Below, piece after piece: positions 37,560 through 51,812 of a stretch of DNA of 64,000 nucleotides. This stretch comes from Camelus ferus (taxonomy: Eukaryota). The DNA lies in assembly GCF_009834535.1 (NCBI RefSeq), contig NC_045697.1, forward strand, positions 73,224,001 through 73,288,000, given 5' to 3'. Each line of letters starts with the position of its first letter. Position 1 is the stretch's first letter. The notes below the pieces were generated by a model that made no database searches, had not been told where the DNA came from, and saw only the letters and a list, made by a program, of their open reading frames with translations. The translations under genes were made by a program, and so were the position numbers.

Positions 37560-39250
37560 AAACCCTGAGAAATAAGAGAAGATCTTGAATCCATGAAATA
37601 AGAACAGAAGATTATTTCAAATGTAAAATTCAAAGACCAAAATAAAGAGTCTATGGAAAATTAAAAATATGACTGAAAACATAAGTGCAGCCAAGAGTGT
37701 GGAAGTTAAATTTGAGGACATCTTCCAAGATATGGAACAAAAAACCAAGAGAGATAAAGTTGGAAAGAAAAGATAAACAAACACACAAAGAGAAATCATT
37801 CTAGGAAGTCTAACATCTGATTAATAGTCCATCAAAGAGATGTGAGAGAAAATAATTAAAGAAAAGGCATAAGAACTGAATGGCATGAGCCTTCATACTG
37901 GAGTGGCTTATAGCTTGCCCAGAGTAAGGAATAAAAAAGACCCATAAAAATATGTAACAAAGAAAATGAAGACTAATTAAGTCATATACAAAACTTAGGC
38001 ATCAGAATAGCATTAGACCTCTTACCAGCAAATCTTGGAGCTGGAAGACAATGGAATATGTCAGTTAAGACAGGCTGATTTCTGTAACAAACTACTCTCA
38101 AATGCCAGTGGCTCAAGAAAATGAATTTTAATGCTCTATCATGACTCAGCCCTATGGTAGGACTGAGGAGCCTAGATCCTCTCACCCAGTGCCTCTGCTG
38201 TCATCTAGGGACTCACTGGAGTCCTCCACTGGACCCCCGGCATTGGCTGCAACCCATGGGAAAAGGGAGTGTCGCCGCTCACAAGGAGGTTGTAAGGGCC
38301 AGGGCTGGAAAGGGCGTGTGTCACTTAATCCCAGGCACATGGCTCCACCTAATAGCAAAGAAGGCACAGAAGAGAACAAAGCAGTGTACGCCTTTGCCGT
38401 ACTACCAAGTGTATGTCTTTGCCACAGAATCCCTCCACAATTGTAAAGGAATATGATTTCCACTCTAGAATCCACCGGCTATCAGTCAAGTCTGACAGCA
38501 GATGAAAGTTTGTCAGACATGCAAGGTCTCAGACTTACCATCCTTGTGCAATTTCTCAAGAAACTCGTAAAAGAGAGTCCAACAAAATGAACAACTTACT
38601 GAAGAAACAGAAATCAGAGTGCTTGAAGGGGAAGAACACTGAAGAGAAGCCCTAGACTCGAAGGAAGGGAGCTCTCAAGATGACAGGTTTAGAGAGCAAG
38701 CGGCAGGCCTAGAGAGCAACCAGTCTATGCAGAAGAGCAGAGGGCTTAAGGGGAGATGTATCTGAATAAGAAAATAAAATAGAAAGATTAATAAAGTACT
38801 TAAATTATTCATAGGGGATTTTTTTATGGGCAAAAAATTTGGGAATATATTAGTGATGGTTTCAAGAAAACCTACGCAAACAAAAAAGAGGATCAATATT
38901 TATTGTACAAAACCCAAAGGATTGTGCAAAAATGTGCAACTTTGGTAAAATATATGGCTTAGCTATGAACGTAAATGATATACTCATAAGAGGGAACACT
39001 CAGCATTGGTATAAACACACATTATGATATGGCTACAATATGGTGGATCGGGGAGGACTGTGGGCATGCATGAGGGGGTGTTTAAGAGAGCTAAATCATC
39101 ACAATAAAAACTAGTAGCAGAAACACATATTACTTGAAACTACAGAGGTAAATATCAGAAGAAACACCTAAAAGAGCTGAATTTTGTGACCATTCAGGAG
39201 TAGAACGTAGGTTTGTTAGGAGGTAGGAGTTGCTGGATTTTCTTAAGAGC
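37560..39250 (+). mobile_element. Ancient HAL1/L1 ORF1-like element, split by an MLT1 LTR
   Basis: A-rich ORF1-like relics: aggaagtctaacatctgattaata; catcagaatagcattagacctct..ggagctggaagacaatggaat; cactctagaat; tcagacatgcaaggtctca. Confidence 0.6.
38059..38426 (-). mobile_element. MaLR solo LTR (MLT1J/K-like) with 5-bp TSD
   Basis: TG...CA termini, tgtaacaaac..ctcaaatgccagtggct, catggctccacctaa; TSD gaata / gaatc. Confidence 0.75.
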
Positions 39251-40732
39251 TTTACAAACCATAGTCATAGAAAGGGAAAGGCATTCCCTGTTGCCAAGTA
39301 TTTGCCATCCCTGCTTTACAGCTTCACAATTCGGGATAAATACAAACAAAGATTAATATTATAATTAAATTAGAAGATACTTGGGAGAAATTGGGAGAAA
39401 TCAATTTGGCTCCAGTAGATTTTATTTATAATTGTGTGAGTTAAAGTTAATACATAACACATGAATTCAGAGTGAGAAGTACTATATACTTCATTTATCA
39501 GATCACTAGGTATCATTTCTAGGGTTACTAAAGAGGGTGAAAACCATACACTGTCTCCACATAAATATCACTAGAGAAGTGGCAAGTGCACAGGCAAATT
39601 ATGAAGGACCATGAGAAAAACAGCCAAGGGCAAGGAATTAACTAAAGGTGTACACAGGAAAGTCAACATAACTTAAGAGAGCAAAAACAGTCACAATAGA
39701 GTGTTTTTAGTAGATATGCTAAAATGTTTTGAAACTTGAAGTGAAAGTGATTTAATAATCTACTAAACCAAGTGAAAAATAAGATAAATGTCCTTGAGTT
39801 TTTCATTACTTACTGAGGAGAGACTAGCTGGGTGGAGAGTGTGATGTTCTTCTTAAGATATAAGAAGTTACAGAACTTTTTAAAGGAAGAGTTTAAAATT
39901 GTACGATGAAGCCATAGAGAAAAAGCTAAAATCCTTGAGACACAGGGTCTTCACATGGGATTTTATAAATTATTGCCTGCTTTGGTCAACCTTTGTCAGT
40001 AGTACAGACTATCTATGTAGAAAGGCAGACACGTGTTTGTGAATGAAGAGGACGTGGCAAAATCCAGGACGCCGGACCTATTTAGGCACTTTGTACTGTG
40101 GAAGAGCATTGCAGAGTAAGGAGCCGTGAACTTTTGGCTTTTCCTCTAACTAGCTGGACTTTCTCTTGTTGTATACCTAGAAGGGGAGGCTAACGTCCTA
40201 GAGGATGCAGTTCTGTGGCTCAGTAAGAACCCTTTCCAGAAGGGTGAGTTTAGGAAGTGAAGTCACCGATGGCTGATATAGCTGAGACAATGTGGGGTGA
40301 GAGCGGGGTACCTGTTAGCATGACAATGAAGAGAGGAACAGACTTAGACTAACACCTTGGCCAGGCATCCTGTGTTGGCTCTGCAATTTGTAGGATTTGT
40401 TGCTGTCCGCTCTGGCCCTTTATCATCTCTTCCATTATCCTCCGCAAACTGAGCTTCTTGACAAAAACTCTTTACAATAACATCAAACACCAGATTTGGA
40501 TCCTTGGTTAATCCTCAGGTTTACCGTTTACCATGGTATTCTGTGTTCCGAAGGAAATGACTTTACTAAATCCACTTCAGTTTTCTCATTTGTAAAATGG
40601 AAGGAGAATACTCAGCCTTCCTGCATGACAGCAAGTAGTATTTCTACTCATTACATCCTCTGTTGTAAATGATTTCTATTGTTAAATACCACCGGGGGCC
40701 ACGGGGCGCACCCTTGTAGTCAAGAAGAAAAA

Positions 40733-40869
40733 GGAGGGAAGGGATAGCTCAGTGGTACAGTTCAATCCCCCATACCTCTGTTAAAATAATTAAGTAAATA
40801 AACAAGCCTAATTCCCTCCTCCCAAAACAAAAAATGAATAAATAAGATATTTTTTAAATTAGGAAAAAA
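40733..40869 (+). mobile_element. Camelid tRNA-derived SINE with an internal deletion of about 29 nt
   Basis: gggatagctcagtggtacagttcaatcccc followed by the same tail (aaataaacaagcctaattccctcc); TSD-like aagaagaaaaagg / aagaaggaaaaaag. Confidence 0.8.
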
Positions 40870-42379
40870 AAGAAGGAAAAAAGTTCTATTTAGCTTGCTG
40901 CAACAAAGGCAAAATGCAGTCCCCAAGAGCCCTTGGGTGCATCTCAGTAAGAGGAATAAGAAGCGGTATTTTATATGGATTGTTAGTGCTGGTTGATGCT
41001 CAGGAAAGGATAGAATTGTGAGAACTACTGTAGCAATTGATCTTTCTTCTTTTCCAGGAAGGCGGAACAAAGCAGACCTGGAACATCATTGGTGGAAAGC
41101 AGCTGTCACTCAGAAGGAGAAGGGTTTAGTTACTGGGCAGCTGAATGTGGCCTTGTGTGTGTCCTGTTGAAAACATCTTTTTCTCTTGACCTCATTATCT
41201 CTCATTGCAAATATTACTGTTCTGTTGGAAACGTGTGATCGCCAGCAGGACTGACTTTCACTTTCTCACTGTGTACTCCACTCTTTCTTTAACTAAACCT
41301 ATAAAATCACTCCTTTCATTAGTCATCTCCCAGAGACGAGGAACCAGGCACAAAGAGCCAAGTAACTTACACATGGTTACGAAGTCAGTTAAGTGTGGAA
41401 CACGCTCTTCCCACCGGCTCAATTCAGGCTATTAAAATTCTTTTTTTTAATCCCAAGGCTCATGTCATTTATCATCCAACAATGAAACTCTCACATTCCA
41501 CCAAGGCAGAATTCATTTCTCCTCTTTCTTTACTTGAAAATCACTTGATACTCCTATGAAATTACCATCTCATATGAGAAAAGGATTTCCCTCAATGTTT
41601 AAGATTTGCACATTTTGGGATACCAGGATCTAAGTTCCTGAGGTCTGCCTACCTCTCACCCAGAATTTTCTTTCTCTGGCTTGCGAAGCCTTTAATATCC
41701 CCCTCGTTGCAATCTACTTCCCTTTGTACTTGGACAGAGTTAATTGACAAAAAAAAAGGCTCTAAATTATATCTGGTCTCTGGTTTCTTTTCTCAGATCT
41801 GGCTTATATCCTCAAATAAATAAAAGCAGTGCTCTTTGCTGACATCCTCCTCCCGCTGCACTCATTGGTTTCCTCCTTTTCAGACTCCCTTTGGGCCAGT
41901 TTAGGTGCTTAGATTACCCTTTGCTCTGTTATTTATTGGGATGACCAAGCAGCTATCTTGTTTTGTTTCTCTTGTAACAATCCATTCAACTGTTACTTAT
42001 TATTTTATTACACATAGACATATATGAAAAAACATGATACCAACCCAAAAATTTCTATGCAGGAACAAATAATCCCACAGTGATATTAATAAGCCAAATT
42101 TTAATGACTCCTTGCCCCTCACCTCCCGATGCAGGATCTCAGTTCTCAGGCCAAGATGTCTCCCAGTTCTTTGTGGAAGTCTGGTGGGTATCATCTATAC
42201 AGTGATGACAATTATGTATTTTACTCATGTTTGCATACAGCAAAGCTTCAAAACTCTTGTGTTCAGCACATATATGCTCAGGGATAGATTCACTCAAGCT
42301 TTGCCCTTTCAGTTTTTCACTGATGTTCACCAACAGAAACCCCCGTAAGGGAGGTGACTTGCCCCCCACCAGAGCTGAC

Positions 42380-42625
42380 AGTGATCTCCAGTAATACACA
42401 GAATGTTCCCTATCTGTACTGGAGGAAGAGCTTTCTCCTTTAATCTGACACAAAACCAATACATTTGTAAAATACAATAAAAATGAATTACTAGAAAAAG
42501 AGCATATTCTTGAATGTCACGGCAATGTCAAATTGCTATCAAAGTTTCTGAATGCTTACTCTTACTTTCTGTACTAGTAGTTTATGGATCAGGACCAAAT
42601 GTAGACCACACTTTAAGTAGCACTG
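42380..42625. mobile_element. hAT-Charlie-type MITE (same family as 24.9 kb)
   Basis: gcaatgtcaaattgctatcaaagtttct..tttctgtact..gaccacactttaagtagcactg. Confidence 0.6.
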
Positions 42626-43144
42626 CCCTTGAACTTGGTCCCCTAACACTCCCCAAGTTGCCACCTCTTCACTGGGAAGACCTGCAGCCAGAGCGCTCAT
42701 CCAGAGAAAGTCTGTAGGAAGCTCCTGTCTCCAAGGCTGTGCTGCCCTTGTGTCATCTGGACCCTAGAAACAGCGCAGTCTGTGTCTGAGTCTCATTAAG
42801 CCCCTTGTGAAGAAGTCTCATTTAAATGATTTTTCCTTCTACCACAGACTTAGGCCTGGAATATCAGGCCCAGCTGAGAGAAGGCTTCATCCTGTCATTC
42901 TCGATTCTTCTGTCTCTCATCTTCTCTTCCTCCGAGACACGCCCCAGAGGATCAAGCTCCCCTCATTCATGAATTCAGGAACATAGATAACTCAGAGGCA
43001 CTGACCCTTCAGGTTATCAGAATGTTGTGTTCAGCTGGGACTCTGTCTTCATGTTATTCTAATTCAATATATGGTAATGCAGGCACCATGTGAGCCACCA
43101 TGAGTTATTTTGTCACTCTTTTGTATGTAGAAAAGAGCTTGAAT

Positions 43145-43310
43145 GTGTGTTTACTAAGGACCAAGCTCTGTGCTGGGTGTTTTACCTACATCAGCTTCAT
43201 ACATCCCCAAAGCAACTTTATAAGATGATCACAGCATCATTTCCATTTTACAGATGAGGATACGAATACTTAGAGACGCCTAGGAATTTGACTAAGCGTA
43301 CTTAGTACAG
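43145..43310 (-). mobile_element. MIR SINE
   Basis: ccattttacagatgaggatac antisense core, with upstream ctctgtgctgggtgtttta. Confidence 0.75.
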
Positions 43311-45194
43311 CTGGAATAATTAGTAGACCTGAAATAATTAGTGCCCCTAGAAAAACAAGACCAAGAGAAAGTAATGAATAAACACGGTGTGAAAACAGTG
43401 TTTAAAAGTTGATGCAAGAATATAGGTTTCTTAATTAGGTGGGGATATATGGACTTTTACAGAACAAATTCCTCTGTGTCAAACACCAGCTTGGAAAAAA
43501 AGAAAGAAAAAAGAATACTGATATTTATTTTGAGCAGTAGAATAATATTTGCTTATCCAATGGGTGCATCTAATTCCCTGGCAGTGAGCGAATCACTTGA
43601 AAAGGGGGTCGCATGTTTTAAAGAGGTTTGTTGCTGCTCCCCTGTTCTAAGAATGCACCCCTACCTGCTTGGCCTGGGACTTTAATTCCACCCACACTCT
43701 ATTTCGACTCCTGTGTATCAACTCAGGCTTTGGGAAGGAGATGTACAAGGACCCCGTTCCTTCAAAGGCATTGGTTCATTATCAATGTCAGTTCGGAGCT
43801 GGCTTCCATGTCATCGCACAAACTCCTGCCGCGCTTCTGACCCCTGTTACTCAATCCCTCTGACTTTGGGTTCTGGAGATTTCAGCCAAGCCTCCCTTCT
43901 TGTCTAGGTTCTGGCCCTTCATAGCCAGTGTTTCTCTGTCTGTCTCTGCCTCCCACTGGTCATTATATCAGTTTATAGGACCGGTTCCTACTTCTAATTA
44001 GAGGATGCTTTTGTCCTAACCATCTCACATCTGGCCAGGTGTTTTCCCTGCCCACTGCTCCTACCCTCTTCAGCTAACAAAGTCACCTGCTCCTTGTGAA
44101 GGAGGGCTTTTCACACAGGTTGCAGGAGGGCTGACACTGCACTGTTCATGTACATCCACCGCACTTGTTTCAGAAACAGGCCCGCGACTTGGGCTGGACC
44201 ACGTCCTCAGTGGGATGCATTAGTCTGAGCTCTCTGAAGAGTTTCTCTTTTTTCTGAGGGAGTTCTTAGGGTAACTGCAGACATCACTTGAACCCCTGGG
44301 TTTATACAATCCTACAGCCAGGAAAAGTGTATTTACATTAGCATTTTTAAGAACTAAATTAGATTGAATAAGATTTTTGTCACAACTAACATACTTCTGG
44401 TGAATCTCTGATCTAACTGAAAACCTGACTGCGATCATACAGACTCTGGACTTTGTGCCTCTGCTTAGCTCTGTGGTGCTCCCAGGCCCATTTTAAGCCA
44501 ACTGTACTCTCTGTCAGTGTTGCCGTATTTGTTCCAACCCTCTAGTTCAACCAGACTTCTTGTCCTGGACTTTCTGGGGTTATTCTGCTCTGCTGTATAA
44601 GGTAAAAATGTAAAAAATGTTTTAAAAATGTAAAAAATGGTGTATGAAAAGTCCATTAAGCCCTCTACTTTTTATATATTAAACAATAGATCTCCTAATA
44701 GGAAACAAGGGTTCAACTGAACACCAGGGCAGTGAATAATGAATTAAAGAAATTAATTTATATTAATAATATTAATAATGCCAAGTCCATTACTAACAAC
44801 TACTGAAAGAGCGGGATCATGGGGGTGATGTCAGAAGAGAAGAATTCTCAGGAATAAAATGAATGTAAAAACTCAATATCCACAATTAAAAGACGGTTTA
44901 GAGTGAATGAGAAATAAGGAAAATATAATGGGAATGAAAAAATTGGCTCCCATATTTTATGTAATATTTTTAGGAATAATCTATATATTTGTAAAGAGGG
45001 ACTGTAATGTGCTTATCAATCAACACTCTTATCAGGATGCTCAACCCATGTTTGTTGATGATGGTTTAGCAAAAAAAAGGGAGAATTTTCTTAGAAACAT
45101 ACAGTGCTATAAAACAACTTTAATCCTTTGTCTTTTATGTGTCAATTACATTTTCCTACTACCAACTGGATGTAGGATATTTCTGTGAAGAGTT

Positions 45195-45221
45195 TTGTTT
45201 GTTTGTTTGTTTGTTTGTTTT
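45195..45221. repeat. (GTTT)n microsatellite
   Basis: Directly visible. Confidence 0.9.
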
Positions 45222-45581
45222 GCTTTATGAAATAGTAACCCAAACAATTGAAAGGCACAACTGAAATCATCTTGGAGGAGATTCAATCTTGTAGCAGAGA
45301 CTGTCAATGCTGCCCAAAGGAGATAAAATCTTGCTAAAGGTCAAAATGTGGAAAAGAAAAAAAAGCAAAATCACCTCATATGAGATTGCTTCACAAGGGT
45401 AAGACGTTTCAAAGTATAAAAGATATTGGAAATCTACAAGTTAAGATGGTTGAATATAAGGAGAGGATTTTAAACTAGTTAGCAACAGAAGATAAAGAAT
45501 TAGCTGTGATCAATAAGATGGTAATCAATTAAGGCTCTGTAGAATAGACACACTGTGATTATTTTAAAAACAGGATTAATG

Positions 45582-46072
45582 CTTACTTCACTTAGAATGA
45601 TATTCTCCAGGGACATCCATGTTGCTGCAAATGGCATTACATTGTCATTTTTAATGGCTGAATAGTATTCCATTGTATAAATATACCACATCTTCTTTAT
45701 CCAGTCATCTGTTGATGGACATTTAGGCTGTTTCCATGTATTGGCTGTTATAAATAGTGCTGCTAGGAACATTGGGATGCAGGTATCTTTTTGAAGTTGG
45801 CTTCCTTCTGGATATATCAAAAATTGTGCTCTACACTGGAATTTGACACAACATTGTAAAATGACTATCATTCAATAAAAAAAGTTGAAAAAATAGATAA
45901 ACAACAAGGGCCTACTGTATAGCACAGGGAACTATATTCAATCTCTTGTAATAAGCTATAATGGAAAAGAATCTGAAAATATACATATATACATATGTAT
46001 ATGTATAACTGAATCACTTTATTGCACACTGTCAATCAACTACACTTCAATAAAAAGGAAAATAAAAATTAA
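45582..46072 (+). mobile_element. Composite L1 insertion: inverted 5' segment, sense tail and a second L1 3' end inside one TSD
   Basis: 45582-45817 antisense ORF2 end; 45818-45890 sense tail plus poly(A); 45891-46072 another 3' end plus poly(A). TSD aaaaacaggattaatg (45566-45581) / aaaaataagattaatg (46073-46088). Confidence 0.8.
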
Positions 46073-47361
46073 AAAAATAAGATTAATGAGATTATGGGAA
46101 AAAATGCCAGAAAGAATAAAATATGCAATTAAGACATAAAGTTAAGTATGAAATATAAGTATAAAATAACTCGGGAGAAGGGCACTCCCTTTACAATTAC
46201 TCTTTAACACTGTGGTTTTGAAATGTATTGCCTGAAAGAACAAATAGTAGGTAACTGACCAAGATGTAGATGTAAAACTCATAATGTAAAAACGTGGGGA
46301 TTTTAAAGAATGGGTAATAGAAATTTTTTATGTTTTTATATGCCACATCAAAATATACTAATAAAATATACATGCAACTACAAAGAGATAAAGTATGTGA
46401 AATTCTGGAAAACAGAGAGCTATATAAATGCAAAGCACTTACATATTACGTATACTTCAAAGTCTTTGTATTTCAAGATGCATGTTCATATGTACAGAAC
46501 CAATGTCTTGCTTTGGGTAGTTTCCCCTTTTTTCTCTTCTTTGGGAGTGAGGAAATGGAATTTGAAAGAATTAAAATGAGAGATACACATAATAGTCCAT
46601 GTCTGAGTGTACATTTTTAAGCAGTGCTCTTCAAAAATGGCTAAAATAAGTAATCAAGAAAAGCTTAGGAGGAAGTGAAAACCTAAAAAAGAAAAAAGTC
46701 AGTGAACAAAAGATGTATATCAGAAAGACTTGCAATATTTCATACCCACTATTGAGTTAAAACCAAAAGCACACAGATTATTATATATTATAGGTTGTAG
46801 AATTCTTCAGAAAATGTGGGATTGAATTTTCCAATAATCCATGATCTAATAACTTTATACATCACCTGTATTACATAATGGATCCCAGATAAGACCTGTT
46901 GGTCCACAGAAGAAAGTGTATTATACAGCACTAGGAACACTTACTACTCTTCCATTAAGATTTAAATTCTGATAGATCTGCCCAAGTTACAATACTGATT
47001 TGGAAGGTGAGGTGAGTCATGTCGTTATTATTAAAGGATTGAAAACCAGTGGTACAAGCATCCAAAAGGGTGCAGGGTGAGAGCAATAGCAGGAGGATGT
47101 GGTGAGACTAGGGTGTATTTGAAAGAGCATATTCAGTGTTACCTATTGTAATTTTTATATATGGTAGATAAAGTGATATTTCGTTTTTGTAAGACAAACT
47201 AAAGAAAGGATGTGAGCTTTTTACTTTCACTGAAAGGGCATGTTGAAAGGAAGTGAGTGTTTAAATATCTCTTGCAAGCCTATTTTTAGACAGGTATAAT
47301 GCTCCATTCAGGAGATGCAAGATTTAAAAATATAGTATTTATCTTCCTGGAGCTTCTGGGC

Positions 47362-47757
47362 TCTCTTAGATGGTTCAGGCTGCCACAACAAAATACCATA
47401 GACTGGGCAGCTTAAACAACAAAAATGTGTCTCTTATGGATCTGGAGGCTGGGAAGCCCAAGGTCAAGGTGCCAACCCACTGGGGTTCCAGTTGAGGACC
47501 TTCTTCCTGGTGTTTAGATGACGGCCACCTCCTCGCTGTTTCCTCAGGTGACCTTTCCTCTGTGCCGAAGCAGAGAGAGAGAGAGAAAGCTCTCTGGTGT
47601 CTTTTCTTATAAGGATTTAATCCCATTGGACTAGAACCCCATTCTCATGACCTCGTTTAATCTAATTATGCTCCAAAAGCCCACCTCCAAGTACCATCGT
47701 GTTGGGGGTTAGGACTTCAACATACGAATTGCAGAGAATACAGATCAGTTCACAGCA
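47362..47757 (-). mobile_element. MaLR solo LTR (MLT1A-like)
   Basis: ggctgccacaacaaaataccatagactgggcagcttaaacaaca..tctggaggctgggaagcccaaggtcaaggtgcca...ttgggggttaggacttcaacata. Confidence 0.88.
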
Positions 47758-50700
47758 CTGGCTAAGGAAGATAAAGATAGAGAATTCATAGATGAGGAAT
47801 CTTCACAAAGTGGATAAACTAGTAAAACCTGCTAGGTTAATAACTAAAGTATTGCAAAAATCTCAGTAGCTCCAATGTGGCCCTTCCAGTCACAACCACA
47901 CTGCCCATACAAAGGCAACCACTATGCTCATGTCTAATAGCATAAGTTGATTTTTCATGTTAATTAGTTTTGCCTATTTTGAAAATGTATATAATGGAAT
48001 TCTATAATATATACTATTTTGTGTCTGTCTTTTTTTCCACTCACAATAACAGCCTGAGATTCATCTATATTGTTTGTAGAGCAACATTTCATTTATTTTC
48101 ATAGCCATACCTTAGTCCATTGTGTGAAAATAGCACAATTTATTTACCCATTTTATTTTTGGTGGTCTTTCTTTTTCCCCCACTTTTTGACTATTACAAA
48201 TAATATGATTTATGAATATTTTTGTCTTAAAGTTTTGGGGGCAGACATGTGCTTACCTGACAGGTATATACCTAGGGGTAGAATTGCTAAGCCAGAGTGT
48301 CTGTGAGGACTCAGATTTGTAGGTGCCAGGGCACAGTTCTCCAGAATGGTGCTACAGATTTAAACCCCCTACAACAGTGTGTGACAGTCTCAATTATGCT
48401 AAATCTTTGCCGATCTACGGTGTTAGTCTAATTCATTGGCCATTCTGGTATGTGTGCAATAGTATCTAATTTTAATTTGCATTTCCCTAAATACTTTTCA
48501 ATGTATTTTTGCCAAGTTTTTTATTTGGTTGTCTGAGGATTTTTTTTTTGTATTATTGATTTTAGGAGTTCTTTATATTCTACAAACGCAAAATTTGTCT
48601 GTTACATAGGTTGCAAATATGCTCTTCCTCCCTGTGGCTTAGCACTCTCTTAACAGTAACTTTCAATAAACGGATTTTTAATTTTACATTTTCTAAATTA
48701 TCAAACTTTTCCCTTCTGGTTAGGAATAATTATTTCCAGTTTAAGAAATATTTACTTACATCAAAGCCTTAAGTAGTTCCACATGTTATTTTCTAAAATC
48801 TTTATGCTTTATCTTTTATATAAAAATATAACTTAATAATAATAGATAATCATAATATAGTCTACTTGGAACTGGTTTTTGTTTATGGCGTGAGAGAGGG
48901 TTAAAATTTACCATTTTCCCAAAGGGGTATCCAAACGAACCAGCACTGTTTATTGACTAGACAATCTTCTTCCTGCTGCTCTAAAGCAGTGTCTTGTTAT
49001 GAGTCAAGTGGCTTTATATGTTTTGGTCTATTTCTAGACTCCCTAGTCTATGTCAGTGGCCTATGTCTATTTCCACCCATAAACCCATATTGTCTTAATT
49101 ACTGTGTCTTAATTACAACTCTTACAATCTTATAGTGTAAGTATTAAAATTTTGCTCTGCTTCAAGCTTGTCTTGGCTATTCTTGGCTGTTTGTACTTTC
49201 ACATAAATTTTAGAGTCTTGTAAATTTCTACAAATTAAAACTTTCAGAATTTTCATTGATATTACATCTATGGGTCAGTTTGGAGAAAACTGTCATCTTT
49301 ATTCATGAACATAATATGCCCTTCCTCATATAAGGCATTCTTATCTTTTACAAATATTTTTTATTTTTCTGTGTAATATTTTTGTACAATTTTTGTGAGA
49401 TTTTTTACTATTCAAAGGATTTTAATGCTTGCAAATAATAATTTTATTAATTTCTCTTTATAAGTGTTTGTGGTTACTATATAGAAATACAATTAGTTTT
49501 GCTTACTGACTGTATCTGTCTTAAATGTAGATTGTTAATTCCAATAGATTCTCCATGGATTTTTTTAGAATTTTCTACATGCATATAATATGATTTGGAA
49601 AAGATATTTTTGTTCCTCCTTTTGAATTCTTATTGTTTTTTTATGATATGTTGCACTGGCTACACTCTTGAGTACATATTTGAATAGAAGTGGTGAAAGC
49701 AGTTATATTTATCCTATCCTTGCCATTTCAAGTGGAAATCTAATTATAAGTATTTTTTGTAGGTACTGTTTATCTAAAGGAGAATTTTCTTTATTCCTCA
49801 TTTGCTAATACTTTTTGTGCTAACTGTTTTTTTCCTACAACTTTTAAAATAATCATATGATTTTCCTCCTTTATTCTGTTAATGTGATGCATTATATTGA
49901 TTGGTTAATGATTACCCAATTTTGCATTCATAGAATAAATCCAATTTGGTTATGATTTTTTTCCCTTATATGGCTCGATTTGGTTTGCTCCTTTTTAAGG
50001 ACTTCAGAGATGTTGGTGAATCGTTTTGCATTCTAGTAAACAATTATTGACCTCATAAAACAAATTGGAAATTTCTCTCTCTTTGCTCTTCTCTGGAATA
50101 GTTCACGTAGGATTTTTACTTTTTCTAAATGGTTTGCCGAATTCATTAGTGAACGAAACACCGTCTGAAGCTCTTCTTGGAAGAAGGTTCTTATTTAGAG
50201 ACCCAACTAATTTAGTAGATATTGGACCATTGCATTCATTTTTTTCAGTTTTCTTGTGTCAGTTTTGGTATATGGTCAGGGGCTTTTTTTAGGGGAGAGA
50301 CTATGTCAATTTTATCTAAATTTTCCATTTCTTTGGAATAAAGTTCTTTTCAACTTGCTGTTATTATTATTTTAATATTGATAGGTAATGTCTTAGTGTG
50401 TTCCCTTTTTCATTTCTCATAGGCTGATTTGTTCTGCCCGTAGCTTTGTAGTCAGGCTTAAACAAGTTGGTCAGTTTTATTGATATTTTCACGAACCTAT
50501 TTAGACCTTCTTCATCTTCTTTGTATTGTTTTTCTTCTATATTACTAATTATTACTATCATTGTTATTATTTCCTCCTTTCGACCTCCTTTGTGTTCAAT
50601 CTGCTGCTGTTTTCTAACTGCTTGAGATAAATAATTTTAGAATGTTGATTTTAGTCTTTTTTCTTTTATAACCATTGTATTATTATAGCAAAATATATAT

Positions 50701-51040
50701 AATATAAGTATGTTTTAGCTGCATTCTACTAATTTTGATGTCATATTTTCATTATCAATCATCTTGAACTATTTTCTAATTTAATTTTGATTCTTCTTTG
50801 ACCCATGGTTTGCGTGTAAGTTTGTTGCTTAATTTTAAAACATTTAGCAATGTTATTATGATCGGTTTGCTATTGATTTTTAGATTAATTCTACTACACA
50901 GAGAACACATTCTGTCTGATTGTATTCTTTGTTATGTATTGTAACTTGCTTTATTGCACACTGTATTGTAAACTTTGATAGATGTCTCATACACACTTGA
51001 AAACAATGTTCTGTGGTTGCAAGTGATTAGATAAAGTAAA

Positions 51041-51093
51041 TAGGTAGATAGATAGATAGACAGACAGATAGACAGAGAGACAGAAAGATGATA
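51041..51093. repeat. (GATA)n/(GACA)n tetranucleotide repeat
   Basis: Directly visible. Confidence 0.9.
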
Positions 51094-51589
51094 GCAAATG
51101 CCAATTAGGTGATTTGTGATTGTATGGTTCAAGTCTTCCTTTCTCACTTACTTACTGCTAGAAATGTTTGTTCTTTCAGTTAATGATAGAAATGTCAGAA
51201 TTAGTGCTTATAAAGTCTCCCCTTTTAGCTATATCAGTTTTATAAATGCTAAGCTATAGTATTAGTGTATAAAAATCTATAAATACTATTTCCTCTTCAA
51301 GTTTTTTTCTTTTTTGTTATGAAATATCCATTTTTATCTCAAGTAATGCTCCTTAATTTAAAGACTTTTTTCTGACATTTGTATAGCTCCACTAGCTTTC
51401 TTCTGGTTAGTGTTTGCATGATATGTCTTTTTCCCATCTTACTTTCAATGTTCCTGTATATTTATGTTTATATAATATAGAATACATTTACAATGGTATT
51501 TAGATTGATTGATGATAGCACCTTTAAGTGCTATAAGTTTTTTTTCTTTTCTTTTCTTAAATCTAGCTGATAATCTCTGTCTTTTAGAG

Positions 51590-51812
51590 GAAGGTTGGGA
51601 AACTTTCTGTAAAAAGTCAGAGTAAATATTTTAGATCTTGTGGGCTATATCCAAGGTGTGTCACAATTACTCAACTCTGCTATTACAGTGTAAAAGCAGC
51701 TGTAGACAATACATAAATGAACATGACTGTGTTCCGATAAAATTTTATGTGTAAAAAGAACAAACAGGCAGCAAGCCAGTTTCAGCCTGTGGAATGTAAT
51801 TTTCCAACCCTT
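51590..51812 (-). mobile_element. MER58A MITE nested in L1
   Basis: aaactttctgtaaaaagtcaga.gtaaatattttag...caattactcaactctgc..gcagctgtagacaata..tgtgttccgataaaa. Confidence 0.85.

Noticed and set aside
40689..40710. CTCF-like CCACCGGGGGCCAC
   Set aside because: It lacks the conserved A and spacing of CCASYAGRKGGC, and probably lies in an LTR-like relic.
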